From: Pristiophorus japonicus
Lineage: Eukaryota
DNA length: 64,000 nucleotides
NCBI RefSeq assembly: GCF_044704955.1
Contig: NC_091997.1
Coordinates: forward strand, 77,686,001-77,750,000
Direction: 5' to 3'
The first letter of the stretch is position 1; each line of letters starts with the position of its first letter. Below the pieces are notes generated by a model that searched no databases, was not told the origin of the DNA, and was given only the letters and a program-made list of their open reading frames with translations. A program made the position numbers and the translations under genes. Below are positions 49,543 through 62,899 of the stretch, piece after piece.

Positions 49543-50228
49543 CTAGAATGGTTACAGCATGGAAGGAGGCCATTCGGCCCATCAAACCTATGCCGACTCT
49601 CTGTAAGAGCACTTCAGCTAGTCCCACTCCCCCGCCCTTTCCCCAAGGCCCTGCAATGTTTTGTTTCCTTCAGGTACTTATCCAATTCCCTTTTGAAAGC
49701 CACGATCGAGTCTGCCTCCACCACCCTCTCAGGCAGCGCATTCCAGACCCTAACCACTCGCTGCGTAAAAAAAATTTTCCTCGTCGCCAATCACCTTAAA
49801 TCTGTGTCCTCTGCTTCTCGACCCTTCCACCAATGAGAACAATTTCTCTCTACCGACTCTGTCCAGACCCCTCATGATTTTGAACACCTCTATCGAATCT
49901 CCGCTCAACCTTCTCTGCTCCAATGAGAACAACGCCAGTTTCTCTCATCTATCCACATAACTGAAGTCCCTCATCCCTGGAATCATTCCCATAAATATTT
50001 TCTGCGCCCTCTCTAAGGCCTTCACATTCTTCCTAAAGTGCGGTGCCCAGAATTGGACACAATACTCCAGTTGAGGCCGAACCAGTGTTTTATACAGGTT
50101 CATCATAATATCCACACTTTTGTACTCTATGCCTCTATTTATGAAGCCCAGGATCCCGTAAGCTTTTTTAACTGCTTTCTCAACCTGCCCTGCCACCTTC
50201 AGTGACTTGTGCACACAGGCCCAGGTCT
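49543..50228 (-). mobile_element. CR1 3' part
   Basis: LVRPQLEYCVQFWAP. Confidence 0.88.
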
Positions 50229-50390
50229 CCCCGTTCATGCAGCCCCTTTTAGTCCAGTATTTATTGCCCATCCCTAATTGCCCTTGACAAGGTGGTGGTG
50301 AGCCGCCTTCTTGAACCGCTGCAGTCCGTGTGGTGAAGGTGCTCCCACAGTGCTGTTAGGGAGGGAGTTCCAGGATTCTGACCCAGCAGT

Positions 50391-51090
50391 CCATGAGCCG
50401 CAATCCCAAATGAAATGCAGCGCATCACAGACTGGGAATCGTGAACTTTCCCAACTGTCGGCTCAACTTTCCCCAAAGCATTTTTTTGGCGTACTTGAAG
50501 AGTTAGGCCCGATTTTGGGGGGCCTAAATACGCCAAAAAAATATATTCTAAGTTACCCCGTTGGATTTCTTCATTTTGGCGTTGCGTAACCCGACCTTTA
50601 GCTTTGGGGGCGGAGTCTTGATCTGCGCCAAAAAGATCGGGTTGCCACGGTAACCAGGGACACAATGCGAGCTGAGGCTGCAAAGTGAAGCATACAGCCA
50701 GCTCCCAACACATTAAAAGAATTGAAAAACACATAGCACCAACTTACCTCCAAACCTCGCCGAAGGTCTTGCCGGTCCAGTCCCATTCTTGGTCCCATTC
50801 TAGGTCCCCGGAATTCCTTACCTCTCCGGAAGGTTTTTCTGGAGAGGCCACATACAGTGGCCTAAACACAACTGGAATAACTCTCAGCTGGCCAAACTTC
50901 CCTAAATGGCCAGAATTAGCGCAGGTGGCTGGTTACGCCCCCTTTGGCTGAAAAAAACACTGACCTAAAAAAATCGTAACTGAGTTACGCTGGTGCAAAT
51001 TGATCGGGGAAACTGGTTTTTCAACTTAGGCCAAAAAGAGCAGCCTGCTACAAAAGAACGGCGCAAATCAATGGGGAAAACGGAGCCCTG
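50391..51090. mobile_element. MITE-like DNA element
   Basis: CpG-containing palindromic-type repeat ending ...AAAACGGAGCCC; left end unclear. Confidence 0.45.
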
Positions 51091-52046
51091 TGTGTGGTGC
51101 ATTTACCGCCACAGTCAGTCATTCAGGATGCAGTTCTCGTTTTGATTTTAAAAGCACTTTCCTCCCCACCCCTGCCAGAATTCAGACTCAATTTACTGCC
51201 ATCGTAACTTATCTGCCAGTGTTCGATTTTCTGAGACACAGATGTTTTATGTTTGAAAGTGGTCACAATGGACTGAGCTCATCAATTATCTTTTTTTTTT
51301 TATTCGGTAACTATACTCTTTACTTCATTATTTTGTAACGAGAATTGAAGTGGACTACTTATGTAAAATTCAGAAATGATAATCAAAACAAGGGAGCAAT
51401 TAATCGCCGATTAACGGCTGGAATCCACGGCGCGATATATTCGGGAGCATTCTACCAGTCGCTCTCGTCTCTGACTGAACTAGTTTGCATGCGAACTTGC
51501 ACGCTCTCGAAAATCCTCCAGTCCCACTGGCCAGCACGTTAACCACTGCACGGTGACAAAATGCAAAAAAAAAGTGTTATATAAAAGGGTGACACCCTAA
51601 TAGAGCTAATTGGTACTTAAGCGAGATGGGCTCCTGTTTTTTTTCTAATCATTACACACACACACTAACAAGTCAGCAGCATGCTGCATACTGTTCAAAC
51701 ATACTGCAGCTTGTGAAGTCTCAGATCATCCATTAGGCATTAATTCAAAAACCATAGATTTTAATTAAATTTGCCCAGACTGCAATGGTACACGACTGAT
51801 ATTCCCCTCTAATTACCATGCAGCTGTAGCGATGGTGAGTTGATTTAGGCAGTGAGAAATTATCATTTGTTGATGGAACCAGGCGTCCTGGCGTGCGAGA
51901 AGTAATTCCGACAAGCTTGACACCTCCATTTATTCGCTTTGTCTTGAGCCATTTGTCCCTCCTTGAGATGACAACTCACGTGGACGTGTATCGCCGTGCC
52001 TTCATCGTCGCGGGGTCAAACTCCTGGAATTCCCCTAACAGCACTT

Positions 52047-52620
52047 CATCATCATAGACGGCTCCTCGAACGAGGATGACTTGCTTCCATATGAGTTCAC
52101 AGATGTTTCAATGAATGACCCGATGTTCCAGTCCTGAACTCCAGTTGAGGGGGTGGAAGATGCCCGTGTGTGGATTTTTTTAACGTGTGGTGACCGTTGC
52201 ACATGGGCTCGACAGAGCTTGGCCTTTGTCCAGTGGCAAGGGATCACCAGGACAACTGGAGACCTGCTCTGCTGCACGGACCTAGTGCGCACACATATCG
52301 CAATGTAGGCTGGCCCGTGCTGCCCCTGGGCCCTCGGCTCTTCTGAGCCCCGTACCCTCATTCGCCGCAGCTCTGCCACGATCTCCCGCCGCTCCTCCAC
52401 ACCAAACATTCGCCGCACCTCCACCACGATCTCCCGCCGCACCTCCACACCAAACATTCGCTGCACCTCCTCACCAAACATTCGCTGAACCTCCGCCGAA
52501 CCTCCGCCACGATCACCCACCAGATCTCAGCCTCGATCCCTCATCACTCCTCCGCCCCGATCACTTGCTGGGCCCAGCCGACGGTCTTGCCCGTGCTCCA
52601 AACTGCTACCTTCGTCCTGA
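52047..52620 (-). mobile_element. Non-autonomous RTE-tailed element, variant with internal VNTR
   Basis: Shared 3' half with 21263 and 46705; inserted in a Zenon-like tail. Confidence 0.72.
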
Positions 52621-52894
52621 AGCTGGGAGCGCCTTCACCACACGGACTGCAGTGGTTCAAGGCGGCGGCTCACCACCACCTTCTCAAGGGCAATAAATGC
52701 CAGCGACGCGCACACCCCCAGCGTGAATATTTAGATGAATCGATAACTAATGGACATAAATGTACGGCCGGTCTCAAAACATAGGGACTCAAGAAGCTTG
52801 AGCACATAAATCTAGGTTGATGCTGCAATGCAGTGCTGAGGGAGGGCTGCACTGTCGGAGGTGCCGTCTTTCAAACCGAGGCCCCATCTGTCCT

Positions 52895-53265
52895 CATGCT
52901 GCTGGTATCAGCCCACTATCCAGATGGGTGGAATCATGGGACACATGCAACATAAAGAACTAACCCCTCATCACTGACTCAACAGCGGAGGTCCCTGGCT
53001 CCGGCCTCCCTGGAGGACAGTGGACAGCACTCCGCCCAATCCACACAGGAGGATGCGGTCACCTGCTCCACAAGTGGACGATGAGGGCCGACCCGAAGTG
53101 CGACTGTGGCCACTAGTCCCAGATAGTGGGACACGTCACATCAACCCGCCCACTGAGAGCTGTTGCAGGAGGCACCTAATTTCTCCACTCGGCATCGCAG
53201 GAGGCCATCGAATGGATGGCCCAAACTCGACATCCCATTATAAGTTTTTCCCGTCACACGAAACA
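52895..53265 (+). mobile_element. Vingi/Ingi-like LINE 3' fragment inside a DeuSINE
   Basis: VPGSGLPGGQW...CGHLLHKW...PKCDCGH...LHSASQEAIEW, a CCHC-knuckle-type C-terminus. Confidence 0.65.
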
Positions 53266-54109
53266 ATAACTAATTTCGGAGAAGAGCAGGAGAGCTATCT
53301 TCGGTGTCCTGGCCCCAAATTATCCCTCAATTATCACAAACAGATTATCTGGTCATTATCACATTGCTGTTTGTGGGAGCTTGGTGTGCGCAAATTAGTT
53401 GCCGTATTTCCCACATTACAACCGTGACTACACTCCAAACGGACTTTATTGGCTGTAAAGTGCATTGGGATGTCCAACGATAATGGAGTCGAGGGTTATG
53501 GGGAGCGGGCAGCGAAGTGGAGTTGAGGCCAAGATCAGATCAGCCATGATCTTATTGAATGGCGGATTAGGCTCGAGGGGCCAAATGGCCTACTCCTGAT
53601 CCTAATTCTTATGTTCTTATGTCCTGAGGTTATGAAAGGCACTATATAAATGCAAGTCTTTCTTTCCTTTACTCTGCACAACTGAATGCGTGCCAGTTCC
53701 TAGAGCATCGAATGTACCAGACAGTTTTTAACAAGAGCTTTTGTGAGCACACTCCATAAAATAATGTATTTCTGACAAAATCTTTTCAAGAGCAATAAAG
53801 CTGGTTAGATGTCAATATTCCACAAAGATTATGTTCGAGGCTCTCTAACTGTCAGGCCCATGCTATATATGCTTGGGATGGGAATGTGCTGAGCAGGGCT
53901 AAATATGCACTGGTTGTGTGCACACGTCAGGATGTCTTAATCAGGAGCCACCAAGTTGTGTCACAGTGAACACTCAACCCCTTCCAAACACCATCGAGTG
54001 TTTGTTACTTGTTCTTACAGATCAGTGACCATGGTCAACAGGGCCGACAAACAGAGCGAAGGAGCTGGCTTGAAATGAGGCACTCCATGAGTACGTGCGA
54101 AGAAACGAA

Positions 54110-54440
54110 AAGTAAGACTTGCATTTATATAGCGCCCATCACGACCACCGGGCATCCCAAAGCGTTTACAGCCAGCGAAGTACTTTTATTTTTGGAGTGT
54201 GGTCACTGTTGTAATGTAGGGAAACACAGCAGCTAATTTGTGCACAGCAAGCTCCCACAAACAGCACTGTGTTAATGACCAGATAATCTGTTTCAGTAAC
54301 ATTGGTTGATAAGTATTGGCCAGGCCACTGGGGAGCGCTGCATTGGGAGCGTCAGCCTAGATTTTTGTGCTCAAGTCTCTGGAGCGAGACTCGAACCCAC
54401 AACCGTCTGACTCAGGGGCGAGGGTGCCACCCACTGAGAT
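54110..54440 (-). mobile_element. DeuSINE with internal deletion
   Basis: Tail and head present. Confidence 0.8.
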
Positions 54441-55285
54441 TAAAGCGGAGGTGCTCCGCGCCACCATTTTCTACTTTTGGCCGGCTCACCCGGTGTTTCT
54501 TTTGCGTGGTTCGGGCCACCATTGTGCAGCCCGGCGCTCCGTGTGGGCGCTGGGCTGCGGACATGGCACTGCGCCGCCCTGGTGGCCGCCAGAGGCCCAG
54601 CAGAGATCGCAGCGACCCTCCCCTTTAATCTCAGTTGGTCGCACCCTCACCTCCCCATAAAGGGCCCCGCAACTTCCCGGCTGGTACGCGCAAAAATCGA
54701 AAACTTGCGAACTGACAGAAATCTTCTTGATAGATCGTAGCCATCCCTGGGAAAAGAGCTTCCGCGGGCAGAGAGTTCTTCTCCCAAATACTCCCCAGCG
54801 AATGCTAAGGGCCTGCTTGTACCAGCGTAAGAGTTTAAATGAATATAAAAATAATTTTAACATAGTATTTAAACATTAAAACACCTATAAAATAAGTCTT
54901 TTTAGCCCATTTAAAATGTTTATATTTATTTTTCAAAAAATTAAATTTATTTTAAATGTTTAATTAAGTGGTATTTTAATTCATTTTAAAATATATATAT
55001 TTTTTTATTTGGTATGTAAATGTGTTTTTTGTGTGACCACCATTCATCCTCAGAATCCCCATAAATATGAATGGAGATTTCCTTCTTTCATTGGCTGGGC
55101 CGGCCCATGTGATCCGTGGGGCACTTACGAACCGCCTGCATCTCTGGGATCACGTGGGCCTCTATGCAGACCGACGCGTGGAGGCCCCCGGAGCGCGAGT
55201 CTCCAGGGATCCCTAGGCACCCTCTGAGGTGCCCTCTTGGGCATGCCTGCGCTAAGCAGGCTTGCACATGGCGTCCCTCCCCCCA
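54440..55285. mobile_element. MITE related to 39183-40278
   Basis: Shared CCAGCGTAAGAGTTT and AT-rich core. Confidence 0.6.
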
Positions 55286-55287
55286 GG

Positions 55288-55870
55288 ACATAAGAACATC
55301 GGAGCAGGAGTAGGCCATACGGCCCCTCAAGCCTGCTCCGCCATTTAATGCGATCATAGACTCAGCTCCACTTCCCTGCCCGCTCCCCATAACCCCTTAT
55401 TCTCTTATCGGTTAAGAAACTGTCTATCTCTGTCTTAAATTTATTCAATGTCCCAGCTTCCACAGCTCTCTCAGGCAGCTAATTCCGCAGATTTACAGCC
55501 CTCAGAGAAGAAATTCCTCCTCATCTTCCCCTGCAGTGGTTCCAAAACAAAATCTTCAGCCCCCTCTGTCTGAGGAACATAAGAACACAAGAAATAGGAG
55601 CTGGAGTCGGCCACTTGGCCCCTCGAGCCTGCTCCGCCATTCAAGAAGATCATGGCTGATCTGATCATGGACTCAGCTCCACTTCTCCGCCCGCTCCCCA
55701 TAACCCTCGACTCCCTTATCGCTCAAAAATCTGTCTATCTCTGCCTTAAATGTATTCAATGACCCAGCCTCCACAGCTCTCTGGGGCAGTGAATTCCACA
55801 GATTTACAACCCTCAGAGAAGAAATTTCTCCTCATCTCAGTTTTAAATGGGCGGCCCCCTTATTCTAAGA
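55288..55870 (-). mobile_element. Two tandem CR1 tails
   Basis: CR1 tail motifs at 55288 and 55575. Confidence 0.85.
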
Positions 55871-56704
55871 CCCCTTGTCGAGTGTAAACCCAACGATGGG
55901 ACCACACCCCTTTAAGACTGAGTAAATCCGGTGATCAAACTAACGAAGTCAAATAAAGAACACGAAATGACTCAATCACTCAATAAAGAAAATCCATTTC
56001 AACAGCAGGGAACCAAAATTCTTTATGTCTGAAAATACTAAAGACAACATATTTATTCGCCCTGTAGATACGGAACCTATGTCTGTCGGGAACGGGCAGA
56101 TTCCCCCTCAGTTTTCTGACTCTGATAATTTGCTTGTGTTACCATGGTTACTGCAAAACCTGAAGGCTTGTAAATCAACACTTAATGGCATGGTCCTACA
56201 GTAAATAACTGTCTGCAGAAGACAGCAATTTATAATCTTTCATTCAGATTATTTGAGAGATGTGGGCGTCGCTGGCAAGGACGGCATTTATTGCCCATCC
56301 CTGATTGCCCTTGAGAAGGTGGTGAAGGGTTCTTCTTCTGCAGTTACTGCAGCATCCCGAAGATGCCTTTTAACTGTTTCTCTAACTTTGGGAATTATAG
56401 ATAGCTGGCACACCTAGTTTGACAGTACGGTTCTCAACTTCGCTGTGAAGGGCAGTTAATAAAATATCTTATGACAAATGAATGGAATTCTGTCACAGAG
56501 TGCAACCACTAGTTACATTCTTTGACGTGTCAAAAATGAATATGATTTTTTTTCCGAGTCCTAAAAATAACTCAATATCCGGATTGGACCAAATATCATT
56601 CATAAAACAGCGAGTCTCAATTGGACAGGTAAGGGCACGAGCGATCAGCAACTGGCACATTAAAAAATACATGTGAATGAGGAAAAAGGGCCGTCATTTC
56701 CACG

Positions 56705-57150
56705 GTGTCAGCTGTGGCTCCTCGCCTCTGAGTCAGAAGGTTGTGGGTTTAAGTCCCACTCCCGGCACAAAAATCTAGGCTGACACTCCCACTGCAGTAC
56801 TGAGGGAGTGTTGCACTGTCGGAGGCGCCGTCTTTCGGATGAGACGTTAAACCGAGGCCCCGTCTGCTCTTTCAGGTGGATATAAAAGATCCCATTGCAC
56901 TATTTCCAAGAAGAGCAGGGGAGTTATCCACCGGTGTCCCTGGCCAATATTTATCTCTCAATCAACATAACAAAAACAGATTATCTGGTCATTATCACAT
57001 TGCTGTTTGTGGGAGCTTGCTGTGCACAAGTTGGCTGCCGCGTTTCCCACATTGCAACTACACTTTTAAAAAGTTCTTCATTGGCTGTAAAGTGCTTTGG
57101 GAGGTCCGGTGGTTGTGAAAGGCGTTATATAAATGGAAGGCTTTCTTTCT
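56705..57150 (+). mobile_element. DeuSINE
   Basis: Head, Deu domain and tail. Confidence 0.88.
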
Positions 57151-57599
57151 TAAAGTGTAAGGAAGCCTTTCATCTGTAATGTAATGGCCACAGCAAGGCA
57201 CACGTTATTTTATTCCACACAAATAACGTACTGAATCCGTCTGATCGAGCACAGTTTGCAAGTGCTGAGGAAGGCCCGTTGATCCTATTCATCTCAGTAA
57301 CTCGATAGGGCTCCAAGTTTAAATCCACAGTGCAAGCCTTTCCCAATCGCCTAATCTTCACTAAGGTTCCAGGAATCAAAACAAACTCATCTTTTTACAG
57401 AACTGATGTGATATTGACTACTTCAGTGTAGTGCATTCAGGTGCTGCCTCATTCCTTCAGACAGACGATGGCAAGGCAACTTGTTTGCCTAGTCTTGTTA
57501 CCTCATGGAGGGTCAGCACGGCCCATTGGTTTCCTCGGTCGTGGCATAAAAGCAGAAAAAGCACACCGATTCCCAGGATACCCTTTCTTTTATTTTTAT

Positions 57600-58812
57600 T
57601 TGCAGGTAACACTAAAATTGACTGTGTGGTTGATAATGAAGAGGAAAGTCATGGACTGCTGGAGGATATCAATGTACTGGTCGGGTGGGCAGAGCAGTGG
57701 CAAATGGAATTTAATTAGGAGAAGGTGTGAGGTAATGCACTTGGGAAGGGCCAATAAGGAAAGGGTATACACATTAAACGGTAGGCCACTTAGAAGTGTA
57801 GATGAACAAACGGACCTTGGAGTGCTTGTCCACAGATCCCTGAAAGTAGCAGGCCGGGTGGGTAAGGTGGCATACAGAATGCTTGCCTTTATTGGCCGAG
57901 GCATAGAATACAAGAGCACGGAGGTTATGCTTAAAGTGTATAATACTTTGGTTAGGCCACAGCTGGAATACTGCGTGCAGTTCTGGTCGCCGTATTATAG
58001 GAAGGATGTGCTTGCACTGGAGAGGGTTCAGAGGAGATTTACGAGGATGTTGCCTGGAATGGAGAATCTTAGCTATGAGGACAGATTGGATAGGCTGGGT
58101 TTGTTCTCCTTGGAACGGAGGAGGCTAAGGGGAGACCTCATTGAGGTGTATAAAATTTTGAAGGGGCCTGGATATAGTGGATAGCAAGGGCCTATTTCCC
58201 TTGGTGGAAGGGTCAATTACGAGGGGGCATAGTTTTAAGGTGGTTGGTGGAAGGATTAGAGGTGATTTGAGGGGAAGCTTCTTCACACAGAGGGTGGTGA
58301 GGTTCTGGAACTCACTGACTGGAAGGGTGGTAGAGGCAGAAACCCTCACCACATTTAGAAGGTGCTTGGATAGGCACTTGAAGTGCCGTAACCTGCAGGG
58401 TTATGTATCTAGAGCTGGTAAATGGGATGAGACTGGATAACCTCTTGTCGGCTGGTGCAGAAATGATAGTAAATACTTCAGGGAATCTAATACGGCCAGA
58501 ATGATCGCCTGGATGGGTCGGAGAGGAATGTTCCCAGATCTTTTTCCCTAATTGGCCTGGGTTTTTATCTGATTTTTTGCCTCTCCCAGGAGATCACATG
58601 GCTCCGGTTGGGGATGGAGTGTAAAAGATTGCGATGCAAGGGGTTGTGTGTGGGGCGGACTGGTTGGACTGGGTGCTCTTTACCTTTCCGCTATTGTTCA
58701 TAGGTTTATATGTAACCTTCAGGGCTGCTGACCGAGGGCCGTACGGTTCTTTGTCGGCCGGCGCGGGCACGATGGGCCAAAATGGCCTCCTTCTGCGCTG
58801 TAGATTTCTAAA
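57600..58812 (+). mobile_element. CR1 with long 3'UTR
   Basis: WQMEFN, LVRPQLEYCVQFWSP; 3'UTR matches 32950-33198. Confidence 0.9.
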
Positions 58813-58814
58813 CG

Positions 58815-59515
58815 ACTTCCCCCCACCCCCCCCCCCCCCCCGGTGTGCGGCACTGCTGATGACCCCAGCCACATTCCGCGGGAGTTTAACGGCCGTGGGT
58901 AACCGGCGACGCCCCGCTCCGGCGGCGATGTCGCGGTCATCACCATGAACGTGACGACCCCGTTTCTGGCCCAGAGCGAAAATTGGCCCGCGCCCCCTGG
59001 AGCTGCGCCGGGCGATGGCAGCAACAGCTTCGGGGTACGTGAACGGGGCGGCAGGAGGGGCGCACGCTAAATGAGAGGTGGTGGGTGGGTCAATAGAAAA
59101 AATGTGCCGACTTACTTGTCGCGTGCCTGTTGCCGCTTGAACGCGGGGTGCCGTGCCACGATCCGGCCGCCCGTGCTTCGCGTGTGCCGGGCTAGTGTCA
59201 CGGCACCCTCAATCCCCAATGGTCCAGGCAGGGCTCCACAAATTTGGCAGCTTGAGCACTCCCCTTTAATGACGGGGTGAGCCCCTCCTACACAGCAGCG
59301 ATACGCGGCCCAGTGCGTTCCGCGCCCTGCCCGTCCGCCCCGTTAACACTCCAGAGAGGAAGAGGAACGCGTTTTTCTGCGCTAGACCTCCTCTCGGGGG
59401 GGGGGGGGGGGGGGGGGGCGGTAACCCCAATTTCGAGAGCGGTGGGGTGGGCGGGGCTTCCGCGGCTGGCGCAAAAAAGTCCCGCCCCCAAACCGGGACG
59501 GAATTTCTCGGCCGT
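58815..59515. mobile_element. GC/CpG-rich MITE-like element with poly-G run
   Basis: Composition and end GGAATTTCTCGGCC resemble the other MITEs. Confidence 0.45.
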
Positions 59516-59689
59516 AGAATTCTACAGTACAGATACAGTGGCATTTGGCCCAGCTGGTCTATGCACCACATGAGCCAACCAGCATTTTTGTGTATAACTC
59601 TGTGTGCACTGGGCATGTGTCAATCGGAAATATTAAACTTTGTATTTTAATTCGGCAAGGGCGAATTATGTTGCTTCTACAATTACTGC

Positions 59690-60092
59690 AACAAACAACT
59701 TGTTGTATTGATATAGCGCCTATAACACAGTGACACGTCCCAAGGTGCTTCACAGGAGCGTTATCAAACAAAACTTGATGCTAAACCACATATTAGGATA
59801 GGTGACCAAAAGCTTGGCCTAAGAGGTAGGTTTCAAGGAGCTTCTTAAAGGCGGAGAGAGAGCTAGAGAGATGGAGAGGTTTAAGGAGGGAGTTCCAGAG
59901 CTTGGGGTCCAGGCAGCTGAAGGCACAGCCACCAATGGTGGAGCGATTATAATCGGGGATGCTCAGGAGGGCAGAATTAGAGGAGCGCAGACATCTCGGG
60001 GGGTTGTGGGGCTGGAGGAGGTTACGGAGATAGGGAGGGGTGAGGCCATGGAGGGATTTGAACACAAAGATGAGAATTTTTAAATCGAGGCG
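59690..60092 (-). mobile_element. L2 3' end
   Basis: LDLKILIFVFKSLHGLTPPYL. Confidence 0.88.
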
Positions 60093-60639
60093 TTTGTATT
60101 TTAAGAGCATGTTATTGAGATTAATTTTGAAAGATTGCTGATTAACACAGATGTCCTCGTCAGTTTTTAAGGTTTGTGCAGAGACAAATTAAAACTTACA
60201 TGAAATTTTAAAGTTCACCTCAATCAGCAGTGGATTTATTCATTATGGATTAAGTTTCTTTACACAACATTTGGAGTTTAGTCCAAAACTTATCTACTAA
60301 GCATCAAGGGTCAATTTAAATATCTAGAACTGTAATAACTCCCACATATGAAAGGCAAGATTGGTTGCTATTGGGAGATTTAAAGAAAGGTCATCTTACA
60401 GAGGAGTAATCGCTCCATAGGACCCTTAAAAAGGTTTTGGAGAATAAAGACTTCAAATTGCCCCAGCTGCAGAAAGAATAATAACTCCCCAAAGCGTGGG
60501 GAATTTGAATCATTGACACTACTGTGTGAAGAAATTAACGATCTGGTAAAATAAAATATAGTCTGATCGCACAGCATGGCTCAGCACATTGCCTCTCTCG
60601 GAGAGGCAGTATTACTCTCTCTCTGTGCCAAGATTTGGG

Positions 60640-61490
60640 AACTTCACAAGAGAAGAAAGATAGGGGCAAAAGAGAAAGAGAGAGGGGGAGGCAAGAGAGA
60701 GAGGGAGGGAAAGAGAGATAGAGAGAGGGGCAAGAGAGGGGGAAAGAGATAGACAGGGCGAAAAATAGAGAGAGAGTAAAAAAGAGTGAGGCAAGAGAGA
60801 GGGGGAGAGAGAGAGAAAGAGAGAGAGAGGCAAAAGAGGTAGAGAGAGGGGGCCAAGAGAGAGAGAGGGGGAAGAGATAGAAAGAGGGGCAAAAGAGACA
60901 AAGTGAGGCAAGAGAGGGGGGAATGAGATAGAGGGGGGAATGAGATAGAGAGAGGGGCGGAATGAGATAGAGAGAGGGGGGGAATGAGATAGAGAGAGGG
61001 GCGGAATGAGATAGAGAGAGGGGCGGAATGAGATAGAGAGAGGGGGGGAATGAGATAGAAAGAGGGGCGGAATGAGATAGAGAGAGGGGGGGAATGAGAT
61101 AGAGAGAGGGGGAGAATGAGATAGAGAGAGGGGGGGAATGAGATAGAGAGAGGGGGAGAATGAGATAGAGAGAGGGGGGGAATGAGATAGAGAGAGGGGG
61201 GGAATGAGATAGAGAGAGGGGGGGAATGAGATAGAGAGAGGGGGGGAATGAGATAGAGAGAGGGGGGAATGAGATAGAGAGAGGGGGGGAATGAGATAGA
61301 GAGAGGGGAGGAATGAGATAGAGGGGGGAAGAGATAGAGAGTGGGGAAAGAGATAGAGAGGGAGTAAAGAAAACGAGTGGGGGAAAAAGAGAGAGGAGGA
61401 CAAAAGAAAGAAGGGCAAATGAGAGGGAGTAGGAAAGAGAGAGAGAGAGAGAGAGGGGGGCCAAAATAGACAAAGAGGAAAAGAGGGAGA
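60640..61490. repeat. Polypurine tract containing a ~22-bp minisatellite
   Basis: About 19 units of GAATGAGATAGAGAGAGGGG(G/C/A)G at ~60921-61330. Confidence 0.95.
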
Positions 61491-62099
61491 ATTTAGCTCC
61501 CTCCAGTGGCTATAAGTTTCAGTATAGATTAAAACATTGCGGCCTGCCTCGCTGGATTTTGAGTGACTGATTAAGATTGCCAGTTTCCCCACAGAGAATA
61601 TAAAGCAGTTCGACATTGGGGCACAACATTCTGAAACCAGGAAGGAAACAGTCGGAATAACAGGGTAGCCCATAATGCAGAGTGTCTTGTCAGTGACAGT
61701 ATATTACAAGTTTTAAATGACAAGCAGGGAAGAGAAACAATTGATAAAGTGCAGTGAGGAGGGAGCCAATTATGATTTGCTTTCACACCAGTACCAGAAC
61801 ACACCGACATCGTTATTCCAATTTGTGAAAAGCTTTCTTTTTTAATCTGGTGAATTTTAGCAGGGTTTTAAGCTGCTGTCAAAATGTTTTTTTTTAAACT
61901 GTGCAACACTTTCTGACAAACGCAAAATAGTGTGAATGAATCATAAATAGCCTAAGTGCAGTGATGGAATATTGGTTCCAGCATTAGAACAAGCCGATAA
62001 TATGGAGAAGAACAGAATTAGCAGTGCATGTCACCCACAGAACATATGATAACCATTATGACACTAATATGGAAGGGGAAATCAATGTTCTCAGTGTAA

Positions 62100-62551
62100 A
62101 AAGAAAGACTTGCATTTATATAGCGCCTTTCACGACCACCGGATGTCTCAAAGTGCTTTACAGCCAATGAAGTACTTTTGGAGTGTAGTCACTGTTGTAA
62201 TGTGGGAAACGCGGCAGCCAATTTGCGCACAGCAAGCTCCCACAAACAGCAATGTGATAATGACCGGATAATCTGTTTTTTGTTTTGTTGTTTGAGGGAT
62301 AAATATTGGCCCAGGACACCGGGGATAACATCCCTGTTCTTCTTCGAAATAGTGCCGTGGGATCTTTTACACCCACCTGAGAGGAGAGACGGGGCCTCGG
62401 TTTAACGTCTTATCTGAAAGACGGCACCTCCGACAGTACAGCAATCCCTCAGCACTGCACTGGTGTGTCAGCCTAGATTTTTGTGCTCAAGTCTCTGGAG
62501 TGGGACTCGAACCCACAACCTTCTAACTCAGAGGCGAAGGTGCTGCCCACT
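62100..62551 (-). mobile_element. DeuSINE
   Basis: Near full length. Confidence 0.9.
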
Positions 62552-62899
62552 GGAGGTGTAATAAAAGTACAAGAATTTCTAGGAACTGGAGAACTGGAGG
62601 CTATTGGGCACAACAAGCCCATATCTTTCTCAAGGGTCACCTCCGCCTACTCACCTTGTCGTCATAGCAACCCAGAGGTCGCGAGTGCACACCCCACCAT
62701 GGCAAGTTGCAAAATTGGATTCAGTAATATCTAGTCATTTGTGGGCTGGCATTAGGGCAAAAATGACCATGAAACCAGTTGGATTTCTGTTCAAAAACCC
62801 GACTTATTCATTCATGCCCTGCCACCCCTACCTAGTCTGGGCAACATGCGGCTACAGTCCCACGCTGATCAATGGACTCTTAGTGCTGGATATTTGACT

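Noticed and set aside
51780-51900. YSC motif as an IgC exon
   Set aside because: Surrounding translation has no Ig features or B7-H3 similarity
60921-61330. CRISPR-like array
   Set aside because: Contiguous tandem units without unique spacers, eukaryotic context
60535-61673. 312-aa and 353-aa minus-strand ORFs
   Set aside because: Products of the stop-free pyrimidine minisatellite strand; low-complexity S/L/P peptide
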